Below are positions 52,100 to 61,509 of a DNA stretch of 64,000 bases, one piece after another. The notes under the pieces are model-generated. The model was given only the letters and a program-made list of their open reading frames with translations. It had not been told where the DNA came from and did not search any database. The stretch is from Barthelona sp. PCE (taxonomy: Eukaryota): NCBI GenBank assembly GCA_040285745.1, contig JAUFOR010000004.1, positions 744,001 to 808,000 on the forward strand, in the 5' to 3' direction. The translations under genes were made by a program, and so were the position numbers. Position 1 is the stretch's first letter, and every line of letters starts with the position of its first letter.

Positions 52100-54028
52100 A
52101 TGCAAGACGGAACAGTCAATGTTTTAAGAGACTACATCAGAGAGGCTAAATCGTTCAATGAATCACTAAACCATCATGAATCAGCTATGAAGGTTGTTCA
52201 TGTAATTAAGACCATTGAAACGATTCTAATGGATGACCTGTCCAAAATGACAGTCGATGACGAGGGGTACAAACATGTTCGCCCCCTTACAACAAAGGTT
52301 GGTGAGGCAATTGAACTTTTAAACGCTAGTATTACTGGAGGTTGTGGTTGCTTCTGTCGCCCCAACGGGGATATCAATTCTGCTGAACTAAATAATGTTG
52401 CGGAGGATATTACGAGGATTTCTGAATTAATTTCTATTAAGCCCCGAAATTCCATACTTGACCAGGAAATAATGGAGGGTGAAAAGTCTACTAACCCTTC
52501 AGTCGATAAATTTTGGGAGGATAACTTTCCAAATCACAATGAGGTTGACGCTGATGATTTTGGTACTGCTCTCACAACTTACATATCCAATGAGTATCCC
52601 AGTTTGACCTCTTTGGACAACTCAAGAGGCAAGGATGTCTTGGAAACCTTTGTTGAGAGAATGAAGAAAATTACAGTGCCATCACAAGAATTTTACACTA
52701 AGCAATTGTTCGCTGCAAAGCTTCAAGACAAAGCTATCTGCGAAGCCTTTGATTCATTGTACGATCTTGAGATTGTACAAGTCAATGAAGCAATCCAGAA
52801 GATGCAAACTGATCAGACTTTATCAGTGATGGTGAAATTTTTGAATGATAATGATGTGAGCTCAACCACTATCATATACATATTCCGATCTTTGACATCT
52901 CTAATCGCAAAAGCTCAGATTTCACGTGGTGAGATCACAACTTCACGATATGTTCGTATGTCAATGAATGCCCTCAAGACCCTTCCGTTGAACGATGTTT
53001 ATGTTATTTATGATTTCTTTACAGCAATCATGAACACACCCCAGTATCAAATTGAGGGTGCTACACTCAAGAATAACTTACGACAAAGTGGGTTGACAGT
53101 ACAGTTGGCTGGTCACATGACAGCTCTTATGGATAAGCCATCACATCTCAAACCTCTGTTGGAGTTTTGTATCTGTGCAACAGCCAGTCATGTCCCTACC
53201 AAGTCTGAGTTCGGCAACAAGGGTATTTTGGTGTTGATTCTAGGTATTCTTCAGAAATATCCCGATGAAAGCAGTTTAGTTCATCGTGGACTTTATGCTT
53301 TACGTAATTCACTGAGTCAGACGCCTGGCAACCGTGCTCTTGTCTCCCAACAGAACGGTGAAGAGATCATTATTGATGTTATCAAGCAACACAGTACTGA
53401 TCGTGATATTGTACATCGTGGCGCTGGAGCTATTCAGAACCTGACGTGCAAAAATTCAAAAGCTAAGAATCGTCTTTATGAACTCGGTGTTGCTCCTCTC
53501 CTTGTTTCCCTCATGGAAGAATTTATTGATGATGCAGTTCCTCTTGAGTTTATCGCTTGGGCTATGCGTAATACATGTGCTCACCATACTGAATGCAAAC
53601 ATGCCTTTATTGAAGCTGGATGTGCTGATGTTTTTGCTCGTGTCCTTGATCGTCAACGTAAAGAAATGCGTGTTGTTTTGCGCATATGTGGTGCTATTGA
53701 GAACTTATCTTCATCTGTTGAAAGTAACAAGATTAAATTCGGTGAAAGTGATGTAATAAGTGTTCTTAGCAGCGTCCTTACGGAATATACACAAGATGCG
53801 TCTTTCTTTGATGAAGATCAGCAGAGAATAGACTTGGTTTTGGCAGAAATTTTGGTTGCCATTAAAACTCTTTCAAGCGTTGAGTTTATTAAGCGTAAAT
53901 TTATTGACAATGAGGTGTTGGATATTCTCAATGATATTGAGAGTAGCTGTTCAAGGAACTTGATTGATGAAGTTAAAAAGGTCATCAATCTTTTAACCAT
54001 TGAGGGTGATGATAGATATAATCAGTAA
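52100..54028 (+). CDS. Armadillo-repeat protein with helical N-terminal domain
   Basis: Roughly 43-aa repeats with GAIQNL, WAMRN and GAIENL; first ATG at 52100. Confidence 0.8.
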   Translation: MQDGTVNVLRDYIREAKSFNESLNHHESAMKVVHVIKTIETILMDDLSKMTVDDEGYKHVRPLTTKVGEAIELLNASITGGCGCFCRPNGDINSAELNNVAEDITRISELISIKPRNSILDQEIMEGEKSTNPSVDKFWEDNFPNHNEVDADDFGTALTTYISNEYPSLTSLDNSRGKDVLETFVERMKKITVPSQEFYTKQLFAAKLQDKAICEAFDSLYDLEIVQVNEAIQKMQTDQTLSVMVKFLNDNDVSSTTIIYIFRSLTSLIAKAQISRGEITTSRYVRMSMNALKTLPLNDVYVIYDFFTAIMNTPQYQIEGATLKNNLRQSGLTVQLAGHMTALMDKPSHLKPLLEFCICATASHVPTKSEFGNKGILVLILGILQKYPDESSLVHRGLYALRNSLSQTPGNRALVSQQNGEEIIIDVIKQHSTDRDIVHRGAGAIQNLTCKNSKAKNRLYELGVAPLLVSLMEEFIDDAVPLEFIAWAMRNTCAHHTECKHAFIEAGCADVFARVLDRQRKEMRVVLRICGAIENLSSSVESNKIKFGESDVISVLSSVLTEYTQDASFFDEDQQRIDLVLAEILVAIKTLSSVEFIKRKFIDNEVLDILNDIESSCSRNLIDEVKKVINLLTIEGDDRYNQ

Positions 54029-54046
54029 ATTGCATAATAAGGTATG

Positions 54047-57000
54047 TTAAGGAGCTATAAGAGTTTCAGAACCTTGAAATCCATTTTCAAATTCATCATT
54101 AAGTTGTTTAAAACCTTTAGATTTAATTAAAGAATAAATTACAACACCTGAAAAGAAAATTAGTCCGTAAATATATCTCACAAACATATAAATTGTACTG
54201 AAATCAAGATGTAAAAGATTAACAATTGTAAGAAGAATGGTTAAATATATTAAAGATATGGTATTTAATACTGGGAATACAAAAGGTTTTGATATGAAGA
54301 AAAATGCCATGATTGTTATTAAAAGTATTGAAATAAATTCAGGACAATAAGTTCCTATCCCTACACAAATCATTATTAAAAAATAACTTCTTTTCAGATT
54401 TCTTTTAAACCCAATGCGTTGTTTCAGGCTTCGATAAATGAGTAGAGATCCAAAAAGCAGCATTAACATCAGTACCCCACTGAGTAGAAATCGACGAGGG
54501 GTTGTCATCTCGAAATCGTAGTCATACGGGGTGTATATTGCATCACTGAATATTGAATCGTTGATCAAATCTCTTGCACGGACAAAAGTAAGAAAATTAA
54601 ATAGATCTTTTAGCATCAATGGCAGAAAAACAAAAAAAAGTGAAACTGTAATTTGATGATACTTCTCAATGAAAACCATTTTTTTTGAGAAAACATTACG
54701 TATACCATATATTCCATAAGGTAATAAAGTAAGCATCATAATCATTAAATCAAAAATTAAAATAATCTGGTTCATATCAGTGAAAGCCATAGTTGTAACA
54801 CGAGTTATGTAACTAATAGTAATGAAAGGGTTGAACACAGTTTTTAGAAATACAAATAAGAAATTATCATCATCTAAGGAGAAGAAAAAATCCTTATTTG
54901 TTGAATAAAGTAAAGGTAAAGTTAATAAAAATAAATCTTTGAGCAAACGAATGGCTTCCCACACATCATAATCGAGTGTTGTGTTTGATTTAATGTTTAA
55001 AATCTTACACCAAGGTACAAGATGACCTCGGGAATACAAACGTGTGAGAATAAGTAGAATTACAATTTGACAACAGAGCGCAATGATGATCCAGTTTCTT
55101 GGTAGTAAAACAGCACATCCACCTCGAATGGCATCATAACTGACCAACAATGAGTGATACATCATCTGACAACGTAAACAACCTTGTCCTCTACGAAGAG
55201 TCGAACAACCGTTATAATCCTCAACAACAATACCTTGAGAAGTATATGCGTTTCTTGTAATAGGATTCAACGTATTGGTCGTTTGACCACTTAGAAGAGG
55301 CATGACCTTACCACCCGTGCAAAAAGTATTCCCTTTGATCAAATAAGCAGTTCCACTCTCAGGTCTTTCAACAATGAATTCACCCTTCATTAGATCATAG
55401 TACGGCCCGCTCATACGAGCTGCAACGAATGGGTGTTTTGCATTGACCGACAGTGAATCAATCATACAAGAACTTCCAGAGTAGTTTGGATTGAACTGTC
55501 GTGTATTAACTGGACAGCCAACACACTTATCAACACTGAAATACTTCCCAGGCAGACACGAAGGTAGTGCAATCTGTAATTGAGATCTCATCATTTGAAA
55601 AGGATAGAATACTGACACTGTATAGTTGTGAACCATTTCAGTGTTATTGAGCATCAACTTTCCGGAAGATAAATCGTCAAATTTATCAAATTCAATGTTG
55701 TAAGGCAACAGTTTACCATCAATTAAGTAATAAATTGGTATTATCGAATGTTTATCCATCTTTTTCCTCATTGAAAAGGAAATTTGCCACGTATTTTCTC
55801 CTTTGTGTACTTTAACAGGATATATGCTTTCAATAAACACACTTTCTATTTGAGGAGGTGCAGCTATTCTGTATTGATCAACACAAACATGTTCACTAAA
55901 GCATGAGAAATTTCCAATTGAATTCGAAAGTATAAGATTTTGGCAAATACAATTCACACCATATTGAACATTTCTCAGTGAACATGTTGCACTTTCTATG
56001 TAAATATCAGGAAACCAATTTTTGGTAGTTCGATTGGTGATTGTCAATGTATTAAATGAAGCAAAATTATGATAATTGTCAATAGAAAAAGGTTCGTATA
56101 TATCAAAAGAAGCTAATGATCCCAGGAACAATATGCTAAAGTGATCAGAAGGGGGTCTGTGAAAATGAACGTTCTCATAAATAATGACTTCCAACGATGC
56201 TTTTTGTGTTATGCTAAACGTACTACAAAAAATATTTGAGCTATTAATTGCAACACGTAATGTTCTTAAGCTCCCTTCAGATAATATCACAGTCGGCATC
56301 TGCAACTCTGAATCTAAAATATCAACCTCAAATTGCTTATGTTTAAGCAAAATTCCATAAACTAAACCCGTGTTGCGAATAATCACATGATGTAACACTA
56401 AATTAACGTGCTTGTTCCGTAAACTGGTGGCGGTGGGATCACTGTTGAACTCAAAGATTGAATGAAATTCACAACCCATAATCGACATATTCTTCACAAT
56501 CACACCTTCCACAGAGTTCTGTACAGGTACGATGAATAATGGTATGTTACTGACGATAGTAGAACTGGATATCCGAAGATTTTCAATATAAAAAGCTTTC
56601 ATCAGAGTAACCTCTATACTATGATGAAAGCCAACTGAATAAAACGAGACCAAGTTAAACATTTTAAACTTCAGTTCTCCAAAAAAAGAAACTCCATCGA
56701 AAAACACATTGTAATTATCCACGTTATGAAATGATTTAAAAATCCATAGATTCTTAAAATAACAATTGGTCATTTGTTGTATGTACATGTCTTCTGTAAT
56801 TTCTGAATTATTCCAATCAACCATATTAAAATACAACACTACAAAACTTGAAAACATTACGTCAGCATGATTAAGCGTCACGTTCTGAAAGTAAATCTCT
56901 GAATTTTGAAAACTTGAAATAATGAAACCTCCCTGCTTAGAAGCTACATTGTTAAAAGTTGTATTCTCAAACGTCAGCATACCGGTCGGTGGATTTAAGG

Positions 57001-58042
57001 GTTGAAAAAGTTTGATATCTTTGAATTCGCTATTGCTAATAATCACATTGTTGATCATGATTCCTAAAATAGGGTCAAAAGTGAAACGAGCGTTGTGAAA
57101 TTTCACATTATCGATTTCAAAATCTTGAATGGAATGGTAACTAATCATATTATTAAGTTGTCGAAGTTTAGCATTAGAAAATCGAAATAATTCCACTGGT
57201 TTTTCAAAGTTCAATGAAGTAAACGGTGTACCATCAAATGTTAATTCTAAGACTGAACAAAACAATGATAAATCCTGAATGTACGATTTGGTGACAGTAA
57301 TGCTTCTAATTTTCTGATCACAATCATTAATCAATCTTATTTCACCTTCTATTGTTGTCGAATTAATTATTGTTGTGATGAAAGCAGTTTTTAAATCGGA
57401 TTGAATAAAGTTAGAAAGTGTTATCGAGTTGTACTCCACTTCTTTAACATATATGAGATAAAAATTACTAGTTTGGAAATCAACATTATAAAAAAACACT
57501 TGAGAAGTGTGACTTATATTTAAAAAAAATAATTCAAAAACTGAATTAGAGAATGTGAATGTGTTAACGAAAGATACGTTGAGTTCTAAGATATGAGACC
57601 TTTCAAATATTACTTCAAGGCAATGTTTGATAGTTCCCCTAGTTATTGAAGACAAATAATTTAATGATCCAAAATTTTCCCAAACATTGAAGTAGATTTT
57701 TGATTCAATGAATGATGCAGAAACATTAGTACTTATATTTATGTTTTCAATGTTGATTTCTGATGATGTGGCCGAGAAAAAGGCAAAATCTTCAATTTTC
57801 TTATAATAACCAGTGAAGACAATTTTAATGTTATGACATTCAACTATATTGAGTCTAGAAGCCAGTCCTTCCTCGAATTTTAGAGTGATCTGGCAATCAG
57901 AAACATCTTTAATAGTCGTTTCTTTCCCTACAATAATAATATTGTTGCATGAATCATAATTTTCAACTATTTCAACAGATTTAACACATGGAAACCACAA
58001 AACAAGCCCGATAAGCAATAAAAAAAGTAAATTATTGCACAT
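54047..58042 (-). CDS. Large surface/receptor-like membrane protein: signal peptide, beta-helix-like ectodomain, Cys-rich stalk, several TMs
   Basis: N/I/F-rich beta repeats, CLPGKY...CVGCPVNT, C...RRGQGCLRC, and about 7 hydrophobic segments. Confidence 0.7.
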   Translation of the reverse strand: MCNNLLFLLLIGLVLWFPCVKSVEIVENYDSCNNIIIVGKETTIKDVSDCQITLKFEEGLASRLNIVECHNIKIVFTGYYKKIEDFAFFSATSSEINIENINISTNVSASFIESKIYFNVWENFGSLNYLSSITRGTIKHCLEVIFERSHILELNVSFVNTFTFSNSVFELFFLNISHTSQVFFYNVDFQTSNFYLIYVKEVEYNSITLSNFIQSDLKTAFITTIINSTTIEGEIRLINDCDQKIRSITVTKSYIQDLSLFCSVLELTFDGTPFTSLNFEKPVELFRFSNAKLRQLNNMISYHSIQDFEIDNVKFHNARFTFDPILGIMINNVIISNSEFKDIKLFQPLNPPTGMLTFENTTFNNVASKQGGFIISSFQNSEIYFQNVTLNHADVMFSSFVVLYFNMVDWNNSEITEDMYIQQMTNCYFKNLWIFKSFHNVDNYNVFFDGVSFFGELKFKMFNLVSFYSVGFHHSIEVTLMKAFYIENLRISSSTIVSNIPLFIVPVQNSVEGVIVKNMSIMGCEFHSIFEFNSDPTATSLRNKHVNLVLHHVIIRNTGLVYGILLKHKQFEVDILDSELQMPTVILSEGSLRTLRVAINSSNIFCSTFSITQKASLEVIIYENVHFHRPPSDHFSILFLGSLASFDIYEPFSIDNYHNFASFNTLTITNRTTKNWFPDIYIESATCSLRNVQYGVNCICQNLILSNSIGNFSCFSEHVCVDQYRIAAPPQIESVFIESIYPVKVHKGENTWQISFSMRKKMDKHSIIPIYYLIDGKLLPYNIEFDKFDDLSSGKLMLNNTEMVHNYTVSVFYPFQMMRSQLQIALPSCLPGKYFSVDKCVGCPVNTRQFNPNYSGSSCMIDSLSVNAKHPFVAARMSGPYYDLMKGEFIVERPESGTAYLIKGNTFCTGGKVMPLLSGQTTNTLNPITRNAYTSQGIVVEDYNGCSTLRRGQGCLRCQMMYHSLLVSYDAIRGGCAVLLPRNWIIIALCCQIVILLILTRLYSRGHLVPWCKILNIKSNTTLDYDVWEAIRLLKDLFLLTLPLLYSTNKDFFFSLDDDNFLFVFLKTVFNPFITISYITRVTTMAFTDMNQIILIFDLMIMMLTLLPYGIYGIRNVFSKKMVFIEKYHQITVSLFFVFLPLMLKDLFNFLTFVRARDLINDSIFSDAIYTPYDYDFEMTTPRRFLLSGVLMLMLLFGSLLIYRSLKQRIGFKRNLKRSYFLIMICVGIGTYCPEFISILLITIMAFFFISKPFVFPVLNTISLIYLTILLTIVNLLHLDFSTIYMFVRYIYGLIFFSGVVIYSLIKSKGFKQLNDEFENGFQGSETLIAP

Positions 58043-58147
58043 TAAAAGAGAGAAAATATTTTGCAAGTTTTAATTTACAATTATTTAAATGAAGCATGTC
58101 CTTTCACTATAATCATGGTTTCAAGTTATATTTATTAAAAAATTATT

Positions 58148-59728
58148 TTAACTCAGACCAAATAAAACCCTTTTTTGAGTATCTTTGGTCAATGAAAATA
58201 GTGGAGATTTCTTTGGAGTAGAACTGGGATTAATGGGAGTAACAGGTGTTTGCGAAGCTTTTAAAGTTTGTGGAGAATATGTTCGTTGATAAGATAACGG
58301 ACCTTTTTCACGAACTAGTTGACGTGGTGTTTTCATGTGAATAGGTTTTCGCTGTCTTGTAACAGTTTTAGGTCGTTTGTCCCTTTGTGACATTGATGCT
58401 TTCTTTCCTATAATCATACTATTCGTGTTTTTAATTGGTGCAGTATCAGGTCGTTTCACAGTCATTCGCGGAGGTTTAATACAAAAACTCCTTTTCAAAC
58501 TCATATTACGTTCCTTAAAAAAAAAGTCATGTTGATGAACAGAACCATCACTCAAAAAAATCTTAACATAACATTCTTTGCCTTTTAATGCCTTTGGAGA
58601 TTCAGAAATTTGTAATAATAAAGGTATACAAATTTTGGGATTATTCGCAATCAACAAAATTCCACTTGAAGAAATAGTTACGTCATGTAATTGAATACAA
58701 TTATCTTCATTTTCACCAATTTCCAAGCATTCAACATATACCTGATCAGTGGGTATTGCTAACTTTAGTGTCACTATAAAGTCTGTAAAAGAAATTGGCT
58801 TAACCATTCGAACTGGTGTTTCAGGCTGTGTTTTTCTAATCCTAGCTGTTTTAGCATGTTGACTGGGTGTTCCTATCGAATCTCGATGTAATACTTTAAT
58901 GCTTGGCGCACTATTCACCCTCTTTAATCTGCTAGGGGTTTTAGGGACTTCTACTATAGTATCACCCTCATTCGTTAATCCTGGTGACTTCACAATACGG
59001 TTCACTACAAGAGGAGAGTCCAGTAGGAAATCATGGTCTTTCAGGTCTCTGGTGCGATTGTCTGTTTTTACCGTAACAGGAGTGATTAACATACCTGATT
59101 CAGTTGATGGAAGAGCACGATGACTGCTTAAAACTTCATTCAACTCTCCAGAAAATGAAGATCGGCGTGATGGGTGAACGTCAGCTAATGGAATAAGCTT
59201 TAGCTTCTCCATATCTAATTGTGAAAGGTCGCTTTTCATATCTGCATTCTCTTTTCTAAAGACATCAATGCTTCTTTGGGATGTTAAAGTCCTATCATCT
59301 GTTTGAACCATGTCTGTAGAAGGCGAAGATTGCAGTCTTGATCGGGCAGTGTATGACTTTAACCTTCTTGGAGTTGGGGTTTGCTTAGTGATGATTATTG
59401 ATTCTGTTAATGGGTCAGGATTACTATTCTTCCTCTTTTTTGTCCCCATTTTATCCAGATCAAGCGAAGGAACAACTATTTTTTCCTTGCGACGCTTTTT
59501 CCGACGAACAGAATTTGTTGTTGATGGTCTTTCAATTTTCTGCGTTAATCTTTTGAATGCCCTCTTCCCAAATGTCTTTCGCTCTACGTTTGGTATTTCT
59601 AAAGCATCAATGAGAGACTTTCGTGTTTTATAAAAACTTTGTGAATGCTGTGTTTCAAAATTTGCATTTATAGACCTTGCCCTAGTTATGAAGGAGTCCA
59701 GGCGAAGCTGGAGCTGCCGATAGTTCAT
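58148..59728 (-). CDS. Hypothetical basic S/T/P-rich protein
   Basis: 526-aa ORF with many TP/SP sites and RPxT motifs. Confidence 0.7.
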   Translation of the reverse strand: MNYRQLQLRLDSFITRARSINANFETQHSQSFYKTRKSLIDALEIPNVERKTFGKRAFKRLTQKIERPSTTNSVRRKKRRKEKIVVPSLDLDKMGTKKRKNSNPDPLTESIIITKQTPTPRRLKSYTARSRLQSSPSTDMVQTDDRTLTSQRSIDVFRKENADMKSDLSQLDMEKLKLIPLADVHPSRRSSFSGELNEVLSSHRALPSTESGMLITPVTVKTDNRTRDLKDHDFLLDSPLVVNRIVKSPGLTNEGDTIVEVPKTPSRLKRVNSAPSIKVLHRDSIGTPSQHAKTARIRKTQPETPVRMVKPISFTDFIVTLKLAIPTDQVYVECLEIGENEDNCIQLHDVTISSSGILLIANNPKICIPLLLQISESPKALKGKECYVKIFLSDGSVHQHDFFFKERNMSLKRSFCIKPPRMTVKRPDTAPIKNTNSMIIGKKASMSQRDKRPKTVTRQRKPIHMKTPRQLVREKGPLSYQRTYSPQTLKASQTPVTPINPSSTPKKSPLFSLTKDTQKRVLFGLS

Positions 59729-59775
59729 TATATAAACTCGAAGGAGAGTGTTTATAGGATAACAACTGCTTTACC

Positions 59776-61509
59776 ATGGCATTTTCTGTGAATGAAGAGT
59801 TCCCTTTACTCATCGACAACGATGATGCGGCAAATGTTAAAGATAGTAAGCCGAAGAAGCTTGGTTTTTGGTCAACTCTATTTCGTATCGCAAAAAAGGG
59901 GTTTTCTGGCTGGGGTTCTAAAGTAACCAGATTAGTGCTTTTGTTACTCGTTATTTCGATCATTAATACAATTTTGAGATACTATTGGGTGAGTATCCCA
60001 AGTCACATTCAAAAATCTCTTCGGAGTAAGGATAAGAATGTATTTGTGGACTCATCCATAAGGGGTGCATTGTACATTGTAGGATTGGGTATTTGTGCAA
60101 GTGTTTTTAAGTATTTTGGAAATTATACCAAAGCTCTTTACCGCAAGAATATTAATATTCACTGTCACGAAAAATACATGCACGGTGACATGTATTACCA
60201 ATTGGCATTCACCCGTGCATTGGATAATCCCGATCAACGATTAACAAAAGACATCGATTTGTGGTCACAGAGTTTTGGAGCTTTGTTTTATAGGATATGG
60301 AATTGCATGCTCGACGTTGGCGTTATGGCTTATTCCTTGTATAAGACAATTGAGATTTTTGCTTTAGTGCCCGTTGTTGCTCTATTACTTTGTGTTTTAG
60401 TGATTTGTTTGCTTATTAAACGCGTTGTACCTCGCATTGTGAAGCAACAGGAGCTCGAAGGCACGTTCAGAGATAAGCATACGACTATAAAGGATCAAGC
60501 AGAAGTGTATGCCTTTACAAAACAAGATCGTCTTTTACAAAAACAGTTAGATAGTCGAATTCATGATGTTGTAATGAATTACAAAAGTATCCAATGGGGC
60601 TATTTCCCTATAGATCTTTGGAATCAAATATTTGCATTTGGAAAAATTATATTTGGCTTTATGTTACCTGGATTACTATATTTTTTTATTGATAAATTCC
60701 ATACTGATGATTTTATGGATGGTGTATTGACAAGCGCTCTCGCTACCGCTGAGATATTTTCGCAAATCAAGCAGATTAATCACATAGTTGAAGATTCTGC
60801 TGCTCTTGTTGGTTATACAACTCGTGTTGGTGAATTTTTGTGCTATGAGGCACATAAGAACAGATTCACATCATTAGTTTTAAAAGACCCTAAGGCTATA
60901 TTGGTCAAGGGTCCTCTTGTTTCACCTAACGGTGAAGAAATTATTTCAGCAATTAATGTTTCATTCGATTTTGAACAATACAAATCATTTGCACTTGTTG
61001 GACCATCTGGGTGTGGTAAATCGAGCTTGGTTCGTGTTCTTGGTGGACTATGGAGTTCTCATTATGTTGAAAAATACTCAGATATTAAGTTTTTCCCGCA
61101 GCAGCCTCACATACCTTCAAATGATCTTTTTGAGTACATAATGTACCCAGAACAGGCAAAATCAATCAATATGGTTCGTCTTATGAATATTGCAAAGATG
61201 ACCAGAATGGATATATGGTTTGGGTTAGATCATATTGATGAAGATGGAAATTATATACCGTTTAGAGTTAATGACACGCTATCACCAGGTGAAATTCAAC
61301 GGCTAACGTTTACAAGAATGCTTTATAATGCGAGTACTACTAGTATTTGTGTTGCTGATGAACCCACGAGCGCCTTGCCTTTAGAAGAGGGACGAATATT
61401 ATTGGCTTTGCTTAAAGAAGAATACTTTGGTGTTATTGCGATTGTACATGATGAGTCATTGCATGATGTTTTTGAAAATGTAATTGAATTTGAAAATTTA
61501 ACTTTTTAA
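59776..61509 (+). CDS. ABC transporter subfamily D half-transporter, ABCD4-like
   Basis: DNPDQR, LEGTFR, GPSGCGKSSLVRVLGGLW, LSPGEIQRL, DEPTSAL. Confidence 0.88.
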   Translation: MAFSVNEEFPLLIDNDDAANVKDSKPKKLGFWSTLFRIAKKGFSGWGSKVTRLVLLLLVISIINTILRYYWVSIPSHIQKSLRSKDKNVFVDSSIRGALYIVGLGICASVFKYFGNYTKALYRKNINIHCHEKYMHGDMYYQLAFTRALDNPDQRLTKDIDLWSQSFGALFYRIWNCMLDVGVMAYSLYKTIEIFALVPVVALLLCVLVICLLIKRVVPRIVKQQELEGTFRDKHTTIKDQAEVYAFTKQDRLLQKQLDSRIHDVVMNYKSIQWGYFPIDLWNQIFAFGKIIFGFMLPGLLYFFIDKFHTDDFMDGVLTSALATAEIFSQIKQINHIVEDSAALVGYTTRVGEFLCYEAHKNRFTSLVLKDPKAILVKGPLVSPNGEEIISAINVSFDFEQYKSFALVGPSGCGKSSLVRVLGGLWSSHYVEKYSDIKFFPQQPHIPSNDLFEYIMYPEQAKSINMVRLMNIAKMTRMDIWFGLDHIDEDGNYIPFRVNDTLSPGEIQRLTFTRMLYNASTTSICVADEPTSALPLEEGRILLALLKEEYFGVIAIVHDESLHDVFENVIEFENLTF

